NCBI GenBank assembly: GCA_944362555.1
Contig: CALVTL010000006.1
Span: 2,318-66,317, forward strand
DNA length: 64,000 bases
From: an uncultured Clostridia bacterium
GTDB taxonomy: Bacteria; Bacillota; Clostridia; Christensenellales; Borkfalkiaceae
Reading direction: 5' to 3'
Under the pieces are notes generated by a model, which was not told where the DNA came from, ran no database searches, and saw only the letters and a program-made list of their open reading frames with translations. The position numbers and the translations under genes were made by a program. Of this stretch, positions 56,070-64,000 are shown in pieces. Every line of letters starts with the position of its first letter. The stretch's first letter is position 1.

Positions 56070-56432
56070 TCACAATTCCCGCGAAGGGCACACGAGCACC
56101 CTGTTTTCGGCGATCCCCAGCGCCTGCGCCGCGATCTGTGTCAGGCGCAACCGGACGAGGATGCCGTCCGTCCCGTCAAAGAGCACCACGGCGCTCACCG
56201 CCTCTCCCTCCGATTCGGTGACGAGCACGCGCACGTCGCCCGCGTCCTCCACAGCCGATAACAGGGCGGAAAGGCGCTGCTCCCGCTCGGTGAGGACGGC
56301 GTCTCCGGAGGCAGATCTCTCCTCCCCGCGCCCGAACACCAGCCAACACGCGAGCAGCAGCAACAGCGCGGCAGCGGCGACGATGAGGATGCGCGCCGTG
56401 CGGTTTGCCCAGATTTCGCCCAACTTTTTCAT
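56070..56432 (-). CDS. spoIIIAG: Stage III sporulation protein AG
   Basis: TM followed by LEQRL-like SALLSAVEDAGDVRVLV motif; operon position. Confidence 0.7.
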   Translation of the reverse strand: MKKLGEIWANRTARILIVAAAALLLLLACWLVFGRGEERSASGDAVLTEREQRLSALLSAVEDAGDVRVLVTESEGEAVSAVVLFDGTDGILVRLRLTQIAAQALGIAENRVLVCPSREL

Positions 56433-56884
56433 GAGACCTCCGCCGCGCAGCCGTAGCACTCCTCGAGCGCGCTTTCGATCTGCTCTGTCATATATATATG
56501 CTCGTCCTGCCCGATTATTCCGAAATCTAGGATCTCGACGTAAATTTTTTCATAAGCAAACCCCGCTTCCGCCCGCCGCACGACCTGCGCACGCGCCGTC
56601 ACGCCGTATTCCTCCTGCAAAAACACGCAGAGCGCCGCCTCATCCTCGGCGGAGAGCGTCTCGGCGCAATAGGCGAGGTACCCCTCGTCGTAGGCAATCG
56701 ACCCCGCGCCGAGCATCTCCCCCTCCCCCCGAAAGAGCGCCGTGAGCGGCGCCGCCATCACGACAAGGATGACGAGGTTGACCGCCCCGCGCAGGAACTT
56801 CCCCATCCTGCCGCCCGGCGCGATGACGGTGATGACCGCGGAGAGCAGCACGGCGCCCGCGATGGAGAGAATGTACGCCTTCAT
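56429..56884 (-). CDS. spoIIIAF: Stage III sporulation protein AF
   Basis: MKAYILSIAGAVLLSAVITVIAPGG two-TM N-terminus; TAATG overlap with spoIIIAE. Confidence 0.7.
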   Translation of the reverse strand: MKAYILSIAGAVLLSAVITVIAPGGRMGKFLRGAVNLVILVVMAAPLTALFRGEGEMLGAGSIAYDEGYLAYCAETLSAEDEAALCVFLQEEYGVTARAQVVRRAEAGFAYEKIYVEILDFGIIGQDEHIYMTEQIESALEECYGCAAEVS

Positions 56885-58065
56885 TAAAATAATACCCCCG
56901 TGGAACAGACGAGCAGCACGATGGTGAGGAAATAGAGAAAGGCAATGGTGAGAAGCCCCGCAAGGAAAAATCCGCTGTCCGACGCGAGGCGGGACAAAAA
57001 TGCGGAAATTTTGCCGCCCGCGGGCTCTGTGACGGCGGCAGAGAGCCGCAAAAAGAGCTGAAACGCGGCAAAGAGCAGTACAAGGCGAAAGACGGAGGCG
57101 AACAGGAGAAAGACGGCAAACGACCCGACGGCATTTTTGATGAGCGCGCTGCCCGCGAGCACCAGATCCATGCCGCCCGACAAAAACCCGCCGACGATGG
57201 GCACGGAGCCCGAGACGAGGTATTTGACGGCGCGCAGCGACATCCCGTCGTACTGCGCGGAGGAGATGCCCTGCACGGTGAGAAAGAGGGAAAACAGCCC
57301 GAGCGTAAGCCCCAAAAGCCACTTGGAGACGCTCTTGAAGAGGTCGCCGAGGCGCTCCGTGCGCACATCAGGCGAGAGATTCCCGAGAAAGGCGAGCACG
57401 ATGACGACGACGGACACAGGCAGCACGACGGCGGAAAAGAGCTCGCAAAGCCCGCTAGAGAGGAAGGCGACGGCGGGACGGAACACACCCGCGGAGACGG
57501 AACCCCCGCTCGCCGCCATCAGCGTGAGGAGCAAGGGATAGACCACCTCCATCTGCCGCTGCATTGCCTGCATGGCGGAAAAGCCCTCCTGCAAAAGCCC
57601 CGTCAGCACCGAAAGCACGACGGCGCCGACGGAAAGATAGGCGATAAAGTTTATTATGTCAGACATAGTACTCTGCATAAATCCGTTTTTTGCAGAGTTG
57701 AGGATGCCGCACAGCAGCGCAGCCGCCATAATGACGGCAAATGCGGGCAGCATCGTGCGCCCCTCCTCAAAGACGAGGGAGAACGCCCCCTCCCACAAAT
57801 TGCTATAATCGAGCGCAAAATCGCCCGTCAGCAAACTTGAGAGCGTCTTTTTGAGGTCGGTTTCGGGAAAATCGGAGAGCGACGCGAGATATTCCTCCAA
57901 TTCCTGTGTGTCAAGCGTGCCGAGGAGTTCCTCGATTTGTTCCTGAAACTCCTCGAGCGCCTCCTCCTCTTCGGGGGTGTAAGCGCGTGCCTCCCCCGCT
58001 TTGCCTCCCGAAAAAAACGGCGCGGCAAGAAGTAATATCAGAAGCAATATCATGAGGGCAGCCAT
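56884..58065 (-). CDS. spoIIIAE: Stage III sporulation protein AE
   Basis: Polytopic membrane protein; start at MAALMILLL preceded by SD ggaagggg (alternative ATG at 58092). Confidence 0.85.
   Translation of the reverse strand: MAALMILLLILLLAAPFFSGGKAGEARAYTPEEEEALEEFQEQIEELLGTLDTQELEEYLASLSDFPETDLKKTLSSLLTGDFALDYSNLWEGAFSLVFEEGRTMLPAFAVIMAAALLCGILNSAKNGFMQSTMSDIINFIAYLSVGAVVLSVLTGLLQEGFSAMQAMQRQMEVVYPLLLTLMAASGGSVSAGVFRPAVAFLSSGLCELFSAVVLPVSVVVIVLAFLGNLSPDVRTERLGDLFKSVSKWLLGLTLGLFSLFLTVQGISSAQYDGMSLRAVKYLVSGSVPIVGGFLSGGMDLVLAGSALIKNAVGSFAVFLLFASVFRLVLLFAAFQLFLRLSAAVTEPAGGKISAFLSRLASDSGFFLAGLLTIAFLYFLTIVLLVCSTGVLF
57649..57673. repeat. Palindromic element copy 6 (exact core at 57655-57667), inside spoIIIAE
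   Basis: Read directly; encodes ..QSTMSDIINF.. of SpoIIIAE. Confidence 0.9.
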
Positions 58066-58100
58066 CCGCCCCTTCCACCGCGCGCAGAACATCTGCGGCG

Positions 58101-58499
58101 TCAGGCGATGAGCGATAAAAGATCGTTGATGAGCGACAAGACGCTCTCCAGAATGGGGACTGCAAGAATGAGGACGAGGATCTTTCCGCATAACACCAAC
58201 TTGTCCGCAAGAGAATTTTGTCCGAAGTCGTTGAGGATGCCCGCGCTGAATTCGACGATATAGCCGATGCCGACCATCTTCAACAGCGTCTTGACGATGG
58301 CGGCGTCCAGCCCCGTGAGCCGCGTGATCTCCGTGAAGATGTCGAGGCTGGAGCGAAAGACTTCCAGAACGATCAAAAGAAGGATGATGCCGCCCGCAAT
58401 GGTGATGACGGCGGCGAGTTCCGGCTTTGTCCCTTTGACGAGGAGCGCGGCGACGGCGGTGACAAAGGCGATGCCGACGAGCTGAAAGATCTCGTTCAT
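58101..58499 (-). CDS. spoIIIAD: Stage III sporulation protein AD
   Basis: 132-aa four-TM protein (IFQLVGIAFVTAV...); operon position. Confidence 0.85.
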   Translation of the reverse strand: MNEIFQLVGIAFVTAVAALLVKGTKPELAAVITIAGGIILLLIVLEVFRSSLDIFTEITRLTGLDAAIVKTLLKMVGIGYIVEFSAGILNDFGQNSLADKLVLCGKILVLILAVPILESVLSLINDLLSLIA

Positions 58500-58693
58500 G
58501 TTACCCCGAATATTTCCTCGATGACGTCGAACAGGTCGCCGATCATCGTCACGGCGATGGTGAGCGCAATGACGAGCCCGACGATGGAAACGACGGTGGA
58601 GATGTCGTCACGGTCGGACTTTTTTAAGATCTGACAGACGACGGTGACGATGATGCCGATCGCCGCAAGGCGGAAAATGACAGAAATATCCAT
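58496..58693 (-). CDS. spoIIIAC: Stage III sporulation protein AC
   Basis: 65-aa two-TM protein (IFRLAAIGIIVTV..); operon position. Confidence 0.85.
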   Translation of the reverse strand: MDISVIFRLAAIGIIVTVVCQILKKSDRDDISTVVSIVGLVIALTIAVTMIGDLFDVIEEIFGVT

Positions 58694-58694
58694 A

Positions 58695-59165
58695 TCAGAT
58701 GATGAGGATGACGAAGGCGAGCCCCGCGAGCAGCCCGAGCTTCATGTACAGTTCCCCCTTCGCCTTCGCCTCCTTTTCGCTCGCCGCCTTCCAAGCTGCA
58801 AGCTGCTCTCTGCGCGCCCCGAAGTACCCCTTCTGCGAGAGCGCGTCCCCGCGCCCGAGCATGGAAAAGTAGCCCGCGCACTCCGTTTTCTCCTCTGCGG
58901 CGAGGTAGGAAAATGTGAGTTTGGGCTCGCGGGAGGAGGCGAACTCCTCCAGCGTCCTTTTGAAGTCGCCCCGCGCGGGAAAGGCGGAGAGGAACTCTCC
59001 GAGCGGCTTGCGCGCATATTCGAGTTCGCTCAGATACCGTTCGTTGAGATCGGCAAGTTGGCTGAAAAAACCGCGCCTGTCCCGGGATCTGCTCCCTGCA
59101 AGATAGCCGATGCCCACGCCGAACGCAAGAACGAGCACGCAGAGCGCGACTTTAATCCAGATCAT
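58695..59165 (-). CDS. spoIIIAB: Stage III sporulation protein AB
   Basis: Start set at MIWIKVALCVL; 156 aa, TM at both ends; operon position. Confidence 0.75.
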   Translation of the reverse strand: MIWIKVALCVLVLAFGVGIGYLAGSRSRDRRGFFSQLADLNERYLSELEYARKPLGEFLSAFPARGDFKRTLEEFASSREPKLTFSYLAAEEKTECAGYFSMLGRGDALSQKGYFGARREQLAAWKAASEKEAKAKGELYMKLGLLAGLAFVILII

Positions 59166-59988
59166 CGTCCGCCCCGCAGATGCGCCCGACGCTGCCCAAC
59201 CCGTCGAGAAAAATATAGCGATCGAAGATCCTGCGCGGCACGTCGGAGAGCCGCACGAGATGTGCCGACGCAAACACGCAGATGCCCGCGCACACCGCCC
59301 GCTCGACCGCCGCATAGTCGGAGGAAAGCAGCTCGTCCGTGACGATAAGGTCGGGCCGCATGGCGCGGATGCCCGCCGTAAAAGCGGTGAGTTTGTCCGC
59401 ATACCGCATGACGTCCGCCGTCGCGCCCGTATCCCCCGCCGAAAGCTCCCCGCGCTCGTCGCATACCAGCACGTTGCACTTCGTCCGTTCGCACACGAGA
59501 CAGGAGAGATCGCGCAGCATGGTCGTCTTTCCCAGGCCGGGCGGCGACATGAGGAGAAGGGAGCGCAGCCCGCCCGCAAGACACGCCGCATAAATTTCCT
59601 CCGCGCACCCTTTGACGGCGTGCGGGATGCGGATGCACAGCGACGTGACGGCATGGACGGACAGCACGCCGCCCCCTTCATACACATAGCTCCCCGCAAT
59701 GCCGATGCGCTCCCCGCACGCACCCGTCAGAAACCCGCCCTTGATCTGCTCCGCGACCGAATAGACGGAGTAACCGCTCGCCGCAAAGAGCGTGTCCGCG
59801 ACCTCCTTCCGCGTGGGAACGAGCGCTCCCTCCGCGCGCTCCGCCCGACCGCTTTCGCCGAGAAAGCAGAACACGCCCCCGAGGTTGGCGCGCAGCGGCT
59901 TGTCCGCCCGCACGCGCAGTTCGTAGAGTTGTTCCAGATTGACATGGCGGACGGCGTCCATGAGCCGCGGCGGAAGAAATTCCAGCAT
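59152..59988 (-). CDS. spoIIIAA: Stage III sporulation protein AA (secretion-type ATPase)
   Basis: SPPGLGKTTMLRD Walker A and LIVTDE Walker B; start at MLEFLPP. Confidence 0.85.
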   Translation of the reverse strand: MLEFLPPRLMDAVRHVNLEQLYELRVRADKPLRANLGGVFCFLGESGRAERAEGALVPTRKEVADTLFAASGYSVYSVAEQIKGGFLTGACGERIGIAGSYVYEGGGVLSVHAVTSLCIRIPHAVKGCAEEIYAACLAGGLRSLLLMSPPGLGKTTMLRDLSCLVCERTKCNVLVCDERGELSAGDTGATADVMRYADKLTAFTAGIRAMRPDLIVTDELLSSDYAAVERAVCAGICVFASAHLVRLSDVPRRIFDRYIFLDGLGSVGRICGADDDLD

Positions 59989-60032
59989 GGTATATGATAT
60001 GCCGCCCCGCGCAAAATATGAAAGACAAGAAA

Positions 60033-60058
60033 GCCCCCTCGGGAAAACCCGAGGGGGC
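60033..60058 (-). terminator. Terminator downstream of the GH51-like gene
   Basis: GCCCCCTCGG-GTTTT-CCCGAGGGGGC followed by a T-rich tail on the minus strand. Confidence 0.7.
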
Positions 60059-60074
60059 AGCACATTGTATTTGG

Positions 60075-62678
60075 TTATTCGATGACGAACACGCAGACGC
60101 TATTGTTCTTGAGAGGCGCCTTCAAAAGGTTCCTCTCAATGGCAACTTCGCTCTCGACGGGTTCGATGTTGTGCACCTTGCCCGCGCGCACGCCGATCTC
60201 GTTGATGACGGTCACGTCGTCGTGCCAGAGCGTCGTCACCTTCGCCTTCGTCCGCTTGCCGAAGCCGACGAGCTCCGCCTCGAGCGTCTCATCCTTCCCG
60301 GACACGTTGACGACCTTCAGATAGATCTTGCCGTCGTCGCCCACTGTTGCGGACTCAAACACGCGCTCGTTGACCTTCCAGATATTCTTGAAGAGCACCT
60401 CGTGCCAGCCATCGTCCTTGAAGATCTGCGCGCGGAAGGTCTTTTTCGTGTACTCGAGCCTGAGCGTGTTCCCTTCTGGGCTGTACCCGAGGAACTTGTC
60501 CTTGCCCATCATCTCGCAGACGGTGCGCATGAAGTCCACGCGCTTGTCGAAGGAGACGTCATAACCCTTGTGGTTTTTGCCGTATTGGCAGCAGATGGAG
60601 AATCCCGCGCTGTCCATCGTGCCCGCGTCGCGCACGTCGGCAACGCCGACGCCCGCGATGAAGCTCTGTTCGCCCGAGAGCCTGCGGAAGTCAATATCCA
60701 CTTCGCATTCACCGAACGCCTGCGCGTCAAAATAGAACCCGTTGAAGGCGTCGCTCTCCTCAATGATGAGCTCCCCGTTCTCGAGGTGTCCGCCGCGGCA
60801 GTTGGGATAGACCTTCCAATCCCCCATCCCGTCCTTGAAGTCGTGCTTATACAGAACTTTGCCGCTTGCAAGGTCTTTGACGGTGACGCACTTCACGGCG
60901 CTCGCCGTGCGGTGTCCGCCGATGAGCAGCCCGCCCGCGTTGTCGTCGTTGACCTCGGAGACGTCCGTCAGCGTGTAGCTGCCCACGTTCGCCGCAAACA
61001 TCTGCTGCACATAGTAGTTGGGCGTGAGCATGACGTCGCGCGCGTTGAACCAGATCATGTCGGGCGTCCAGCGGTAGTTATAAGTGGAGGCGAAGAGCGG
61101 CGCATAGCAGGTCATCTTCACCACGTCGGAATTGCGCTCGCAGCCCGTGAGGAAGGCAGCCTCCGAAAGCGCGGAACGCAGGTTGTTGTCGCCGTTGAGG
61201 CGGCCGCGCCCGTCCGACATCGTGTGCATGGCGTATTCGCCCATGAACACCTTGGCTCCCTTCCTGTCGTAGCAGTCGTAGCGCTTGGTGTTGTCGATGA
61301 ACCATTGATAGGAGTTGTAGACGTGCTCGTCCACGATCATATCGCGGTACTTCTCGTTGATGATCTTCCAGTTGTCATTGGAGTCCTGCGGACGGATATC
61401 CACGCCCGCGCTCGTCACAACAGTGATGTCGAACTTCTTCAAAAGGTCGGTCATGCGCCCCGCGTACATATACTGCCGCACGCCGAGCAGGCAGGAGGCG
61501 AAGTTGTCGAAGTACTCAAATCCCCAGTTTTCGTTGCCGATGCCGACGTATTTCAAATCGAAGGGCGCGGGGTGCCCCATGTCGGCGCGCACCTTCGCCC
61601 AATACGACTCGTTCCTGTCCTTGGAGGAAACGTCGCCCTTGGCGAAGTAGATGAGGTCGGCGACGTTGTCGATGACCTCGCTCTGGAAGCGGCTCGTCCC
61701 GGGGACGATGCGCTGATACCCCGTCTTGCGCTGTTCGCCCATGCGGATCTGGCAGAGCACGCCGCAATGGAGAACGGGCAGTGGCGTCGCGCCGATGTCC
61801 TCGCACAGACAGAAGTATTCGTAGAACCCGATCCCGTACGACTGCATATAGCGCCAGACGTTGGGGATCTGCTTTCTCTGTTCGAGCGGGCCCACCGTGT
61901 TGCGCCACTTATACTGATAGTCGAACGCGACGTCCCCTTCGACGACGCAGCCGCCGGGGAAGCGCATGAAGGAGGGATGGCAGTCTTTGAGCACCTGCAC
62001 GAGGCGGGGCGAGAGCTTGCCGTTGCGGTACTTTTTGGGATCGCCCCAGGTGGTCGCGGGAAGCAGCGAAACATAGTCCACGCCCAGCTTGCCGTTGCCC
62101 TCAAAGACGATGCAGAGGCGCCCCATCGTGTCCTTTTCGGCAACGACGGAGGTCGAGACCTTGATCCAATCGCCCTCTTCGCCCTCGGGAATGGCGATCT
62201 CCCCGATGGTGGTGTGTCTGCCGTGTGCGCCGCGGATATACACCTTTGCGACGCCCTTGAAGCCGAGGCGCTTCACCCACATGGAGAAATGGTAGGTCTC
62301 CTTGTTGTAGACGGGCATTCCGTACATATCGTACCCGCCGTTCGTGTAGAATCCGGGGTTTTCCAGATGGTAGATGCCGCCGATGTTCAAAAGAAGATAG
62401 GTCGGGTTGTTCTCGTTCATCCCGCCCGTCTTTACGATCTTCTTGGGGCCGGCACCGTAGATGTCCCAATAGAACCCGTTCGCACTGCGGCACTCCACCG
62501 CGCTCTCGGCGTTATAGTCATCATAAGAGAAATACTCGAACTCGAAGGAGTTGTTGATGACCATTTCCGCATTGAGCCCGCCGTCTGCCGCCTGGTTGAT
62601 GTCCTCAAAGAAGAGCCCATAGAGCTCCTTCGACACATCGACGCCGCGCTTTTTCGCATCCAAAGTGTAGTGAATCAT
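60075..62678 (-). CDS. Large glycoside hydrolase, GH51 alpha-L-arabinofuranosidase-like with N-terminal CBM-like domain
   Basis: ELYGLFFEDINQAADGGLNAEMVINNSFE N-terminus and GIGNENWG catalytic-acid motif; family assignment from memory. Confidence 0.6.
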   Translation of the reverse strand: MIHYTLDAKKRGVDVSKELYGLFFEDINQAADGGLNAEMVINNSFEFEYFSYDDYNAESAVECRSANGFYWDIYGAGPKKIVKTGGMNENNPTYLLLNIGGIYHLENPGFYTNGGYDMYGMPVYNKETYHFSMWVKRLGFKGVAKVYIRGAHGRHTTIGEIAIPEGEEGDWIKVSTSVVAEKDTMGRLCIVFEGNGKLGVDYVSLLPATTWGDPKKYRNGKLSPRLVQVLKDCHPSFMRFPGGCVVEGDVAFDYQYKWRNTVGPLEQRKQIPNVWRYMQSYGIGFYEYFCLCEDIGATPLPVLHCGVLCQIRMGEQRKTGYQRIVPGTSRFQSEVIDNVADLIYFAKGDVSSKDRNESYWAKVRADMGHPAPFDLKYVGIGNENWGFEYFDNFASCLLGVRQYMYAGRMTDLLKKFDITVVTSAGVDIRPQDSNDNWKIINEKYRDMIVDEHVYNSYQWFIDNTKRYDCYDRKGAKVFMGEYAMHTMSDGRGRLNGDNNLRSALSEAAFLTGCERNSDVVKMTCYAPLFASTYNYRWTPDMIWFNARDVMLTPNYYVQQMFAANVGSYTLTDVSEVNDDNAGGLLIGGHRTASAVKCVTVKDLASGKVLYKHDFKDGMGDWKVYPNCRGGHLENGELIIEESDAFNGFYFDAQAFGECEVDIDFRRLSGEQSFIAGVGVADVRDAGTMDSAGFSICCQYGKNHKGYDVSFDKRVDFMRTVCEMMGKDKFLGYSPEGNTLRLEYTKKTFRAQIFKDDGWHEVLFKNIWKVNERVFESATVGDDGKIYLKVVNVSGKDETLEAELVGFGKRTKAKVTTLWHDDVTVINEIGVRAGKVHNIEPVESEVAIERNLLKAPLKNNSVCVFVIE

Positions 62679-62878
62679 AAGCCTCTTTGCCCGCCCCTTG
62701 TCTGCTTGTCTTCGGGGCAAGCCCTCCTAAACATTCTCCTCACATATTATATCAGAGATTTTCGTTTTGTCAATAAAATCGGCGCAAATTATTTTTATAA
62801 TTTTCTAAAATATTTTATCTGCGGATGAAATAAAATGTTGCCTTTGTGAAAAAACCGTCTTCGGCGTGCGCGCAAGGG

Positions 62879-63412
62879 TCATAACGCGAATTGCAGCGGA
62901 ATGTCGAAAGGCTCGCGCTCCGCGAGCGCCGCATTCACTTCCTCGGCGGCGGTACAGCCGAGGCGGGCATACGCCGCCATGCTGTCCTCGGCGGAATGCG
63001 CGGAGATATAGAGAAAGCGCGCGCCCCGCCTGCGCGCCTCACCGCACGCCGCCGCAAAGAGCGCCCGTCCCAGCCCTTGTCTGCGGAAGGGCGCGGAGAC
63101 GTAAAATTCGGCGAGGTCGAGATATTGCGCATTGCTCCCGAACGGCTGTCCGTCGAGCAGGGCAAACCCCGCGAGCCTGCCCTCCTTCGGCGCGCCGAAG
63201 AGCACGCCGCCGCGCTCTATCGTCTTTTGGATGGTTCGCGAGAGCCATGCAAGGTCGCCCTCGTCCCAATCCTCCACATACTGCACGGGCAACAGGCGCA
63301 GCTCGCCTTCGACCCTGCGCCAACAGTGAAAAACTTCCTGCCGCCGCTCAAACCCTTCGAGCAGCTCATCTCTCCACTCCCTCGGCGGAAAGGAACAGAT
63401 CGTAAATTCCAT
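62879..63412 (-). CDS. GNAT-family N-acetyltransferase
   Basis: RRQGLGRALFAAA acetyl-CoA binding motif (Q/RxxGxG/A). Confidence 0.8.
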   Translation of the reverse strand: MEFTICSFPPREWRDELLEGFERRQEVFHCWRRVEGELRLLPVQYVEDWDEGDLAWLSRTIQKTIERGGVLFGAPKEGRLAGFALLDGQPFGSNAQYLDLAEFYVSAPFRRQGLGRALFAAACGEARRRGARFLYISAHSAEDSMAAYARLGCTAAEEVNAALAEREPFDIPLQFAL

Positions 63413-63443
63413 GCTTCGTTTCCTTTACATTATTATATATAGT

Positions 63444-63830
63444 TTTTTCGATTCCATCCTCGCTCCCTTCGCTGCGCTCGGGAGCTTCGGTTTCGGATAA
63501 GTTCCTATCACTGACAAGCTCGTAACCCTTCCGAAACCTCGCGCGGAATCGAAGGAATTTTCGATTCCTTTCGTCGATCCCTTCGCTTCGCTCGGGAGCT
63601 TCGGTTTCGGTTGAGTTTCTGTCACTGACAAGCTCGCAACCTTTCCGAAACCTCGCGCGGAATCGAAGGAATTTTCGATTCCGCCGCGACACGCAAAAAG
63701 GCACGGGAGCGAAAGTATGCCGTCGATCCCTTCGCTTCGCTCGGGAGCTTCGGTTTCGGTTGGGGTTCCGTCACTGACAAGCTCGCAACCTTTCCGAAAC
63801 CTCGCGCGGAATCGAAATAACTTTCGATTC
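63444..63830. repeat. Tandem array of three 113-150 bp repeats, each junction forming a GGAATCGAA-N6-TTCGATTCC hairpin
   Basis: Units 63444-63556, 63557-63670 and 63671-63820 (the third carries a 39-bp insertion); a half-junction TTCGATTCC closes the array at 63822-63830. Confidence 0.9.
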
Positions 63831-63843
63831 CATCGGTCGGCGT

Positions 63844-63879
63844 CAAAAACCCGCAGGGGCTGCAGCCCCTGCGGGTTTT
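63844..63879. terminator. Bidirectional terminator
   Basis: AAAAACCCGCAGGGGC-TGCA-GCCCCTGCGGGTTTTT. Confidence 0.85.
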
Positions 63880-63880
63880 T

Positions 63881-64000
63881 GGTGCCCCGCGTGAAAACAA
63901 AGTTGAACTTTCGAGTTCTGCGAGACTGACTGTTTCTTCTTTGCCGTTGGCATTGTAAATGATTTTTAAGTGGTCGTCGTACAGGTAAATGGCGTTGATA
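63881..64000 (-). CDS. 3-prime fragment of an ORF entering from the window edge; natural stop not evident
   Basis: Frame ..INAIYLYDDHLKIIYNANGKEETVSLAELESSTL stays open through the terminator hairpin and into the tandem repeats, with the first stop at 63622. Confidence 0.3.

Noticed and set aside
5919-57667. Idea that the dispersed palindrome marks a conserved micro-ORF, since every copy translates as (S/T)-M-S-D/E-I-I/L
   Set aside because: ATGTC(A/T)GACAT reads M-S-D on both strands simply because it is a palindrome. Copies sit in different contexts: inside two unrelated genes, across a stop codon, and in spacers. None has a consistent SD or stop.
63444-63830. Possible CRISPR array suggested by regularly spaced palindromic 24-nt junctions
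   Set aside because: The sequences between the palindromes are nearly identical to each other. They are whole-unit tandem repeats rather than unique spacers. No cas genes are present.
1-64000. Defence islands, toxin-antitoxin pairs, prophage, integrative elements and IS elements
   Set aside because: No recognisable nucleases, methyltransferase/restriction pairs, cas genes, Abi, retron reverse transcriptase, transposase or phage structural genes appear in any frame. The only recombinase is a Xer-type enzyme in a housekeeping context. Only the right-hand edge past 63.85 kb hints at foreign DNA.

Overview
GC-rich Firmicutes/Clostridia-type chromosomal window from a spore-former, probably Oscillospiraceae/Ruminococcaceae-like (a guess from gene content and composition). 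It is almost entirely housekeeping. Left to right: M29 aminopeptidase, a COG0523 metallochaperone pair, flavodoxin, an RsmB-like methyltransferase, tRNA-Trp, proC, rnhA, an aroH-cmk fusion, plsC, an ispH-rpsA fusion, htpG, csp, spoVG, murC and ilvC. Next is a complete glycogen operon (glgB-C-D-A-P plus a GH13 enzyme), then a Xer-like recombinase, hflX and lexA. From about 38.5 kb there is a long minus-strand block: rluB, dacB, ytfJ, scpB/scpA, an S2P protease, lysA, a dac gene, spoIVB, recN, argR, nadK, tlyA, dxs, ispA, folD, nusB, asp23, spoIIIAH to spoIIIAA, a GH51-like hydrolase and a GNAT. I recognised no defence system, prophage, CRISPR array or intact IS. Three signals are not explained by the gene list. 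(1) A dispersed AT-rich palindromic element with core TATGTCAGACATA occurs six times, four of them exact. Two copies are written into the coding sequence of dxs and spoIIIAE, and one perfect 23-bp version covers a stop codon about 0.9 kb from the Xer-like recombinase gene. (2) A tandem array of three 113-150 bp hairpin-bearing repeats lies at the right edge, next to a truncated ORF that runs through a terminator. (3) An AT-rich, ORF-poor island at 32.0-33.0 kb contains a promoter-to-terminator unit with no convincing ORF. Smaller points are recurrent leaderless-type promoter/start arrangements, an SOS box shared with a divergent Cys-rich mini-ORF, unusual domain fusions and a plus-to-minus gene polarity switch. 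All functional calls come from reading the translations and from family memory. No searches were run.
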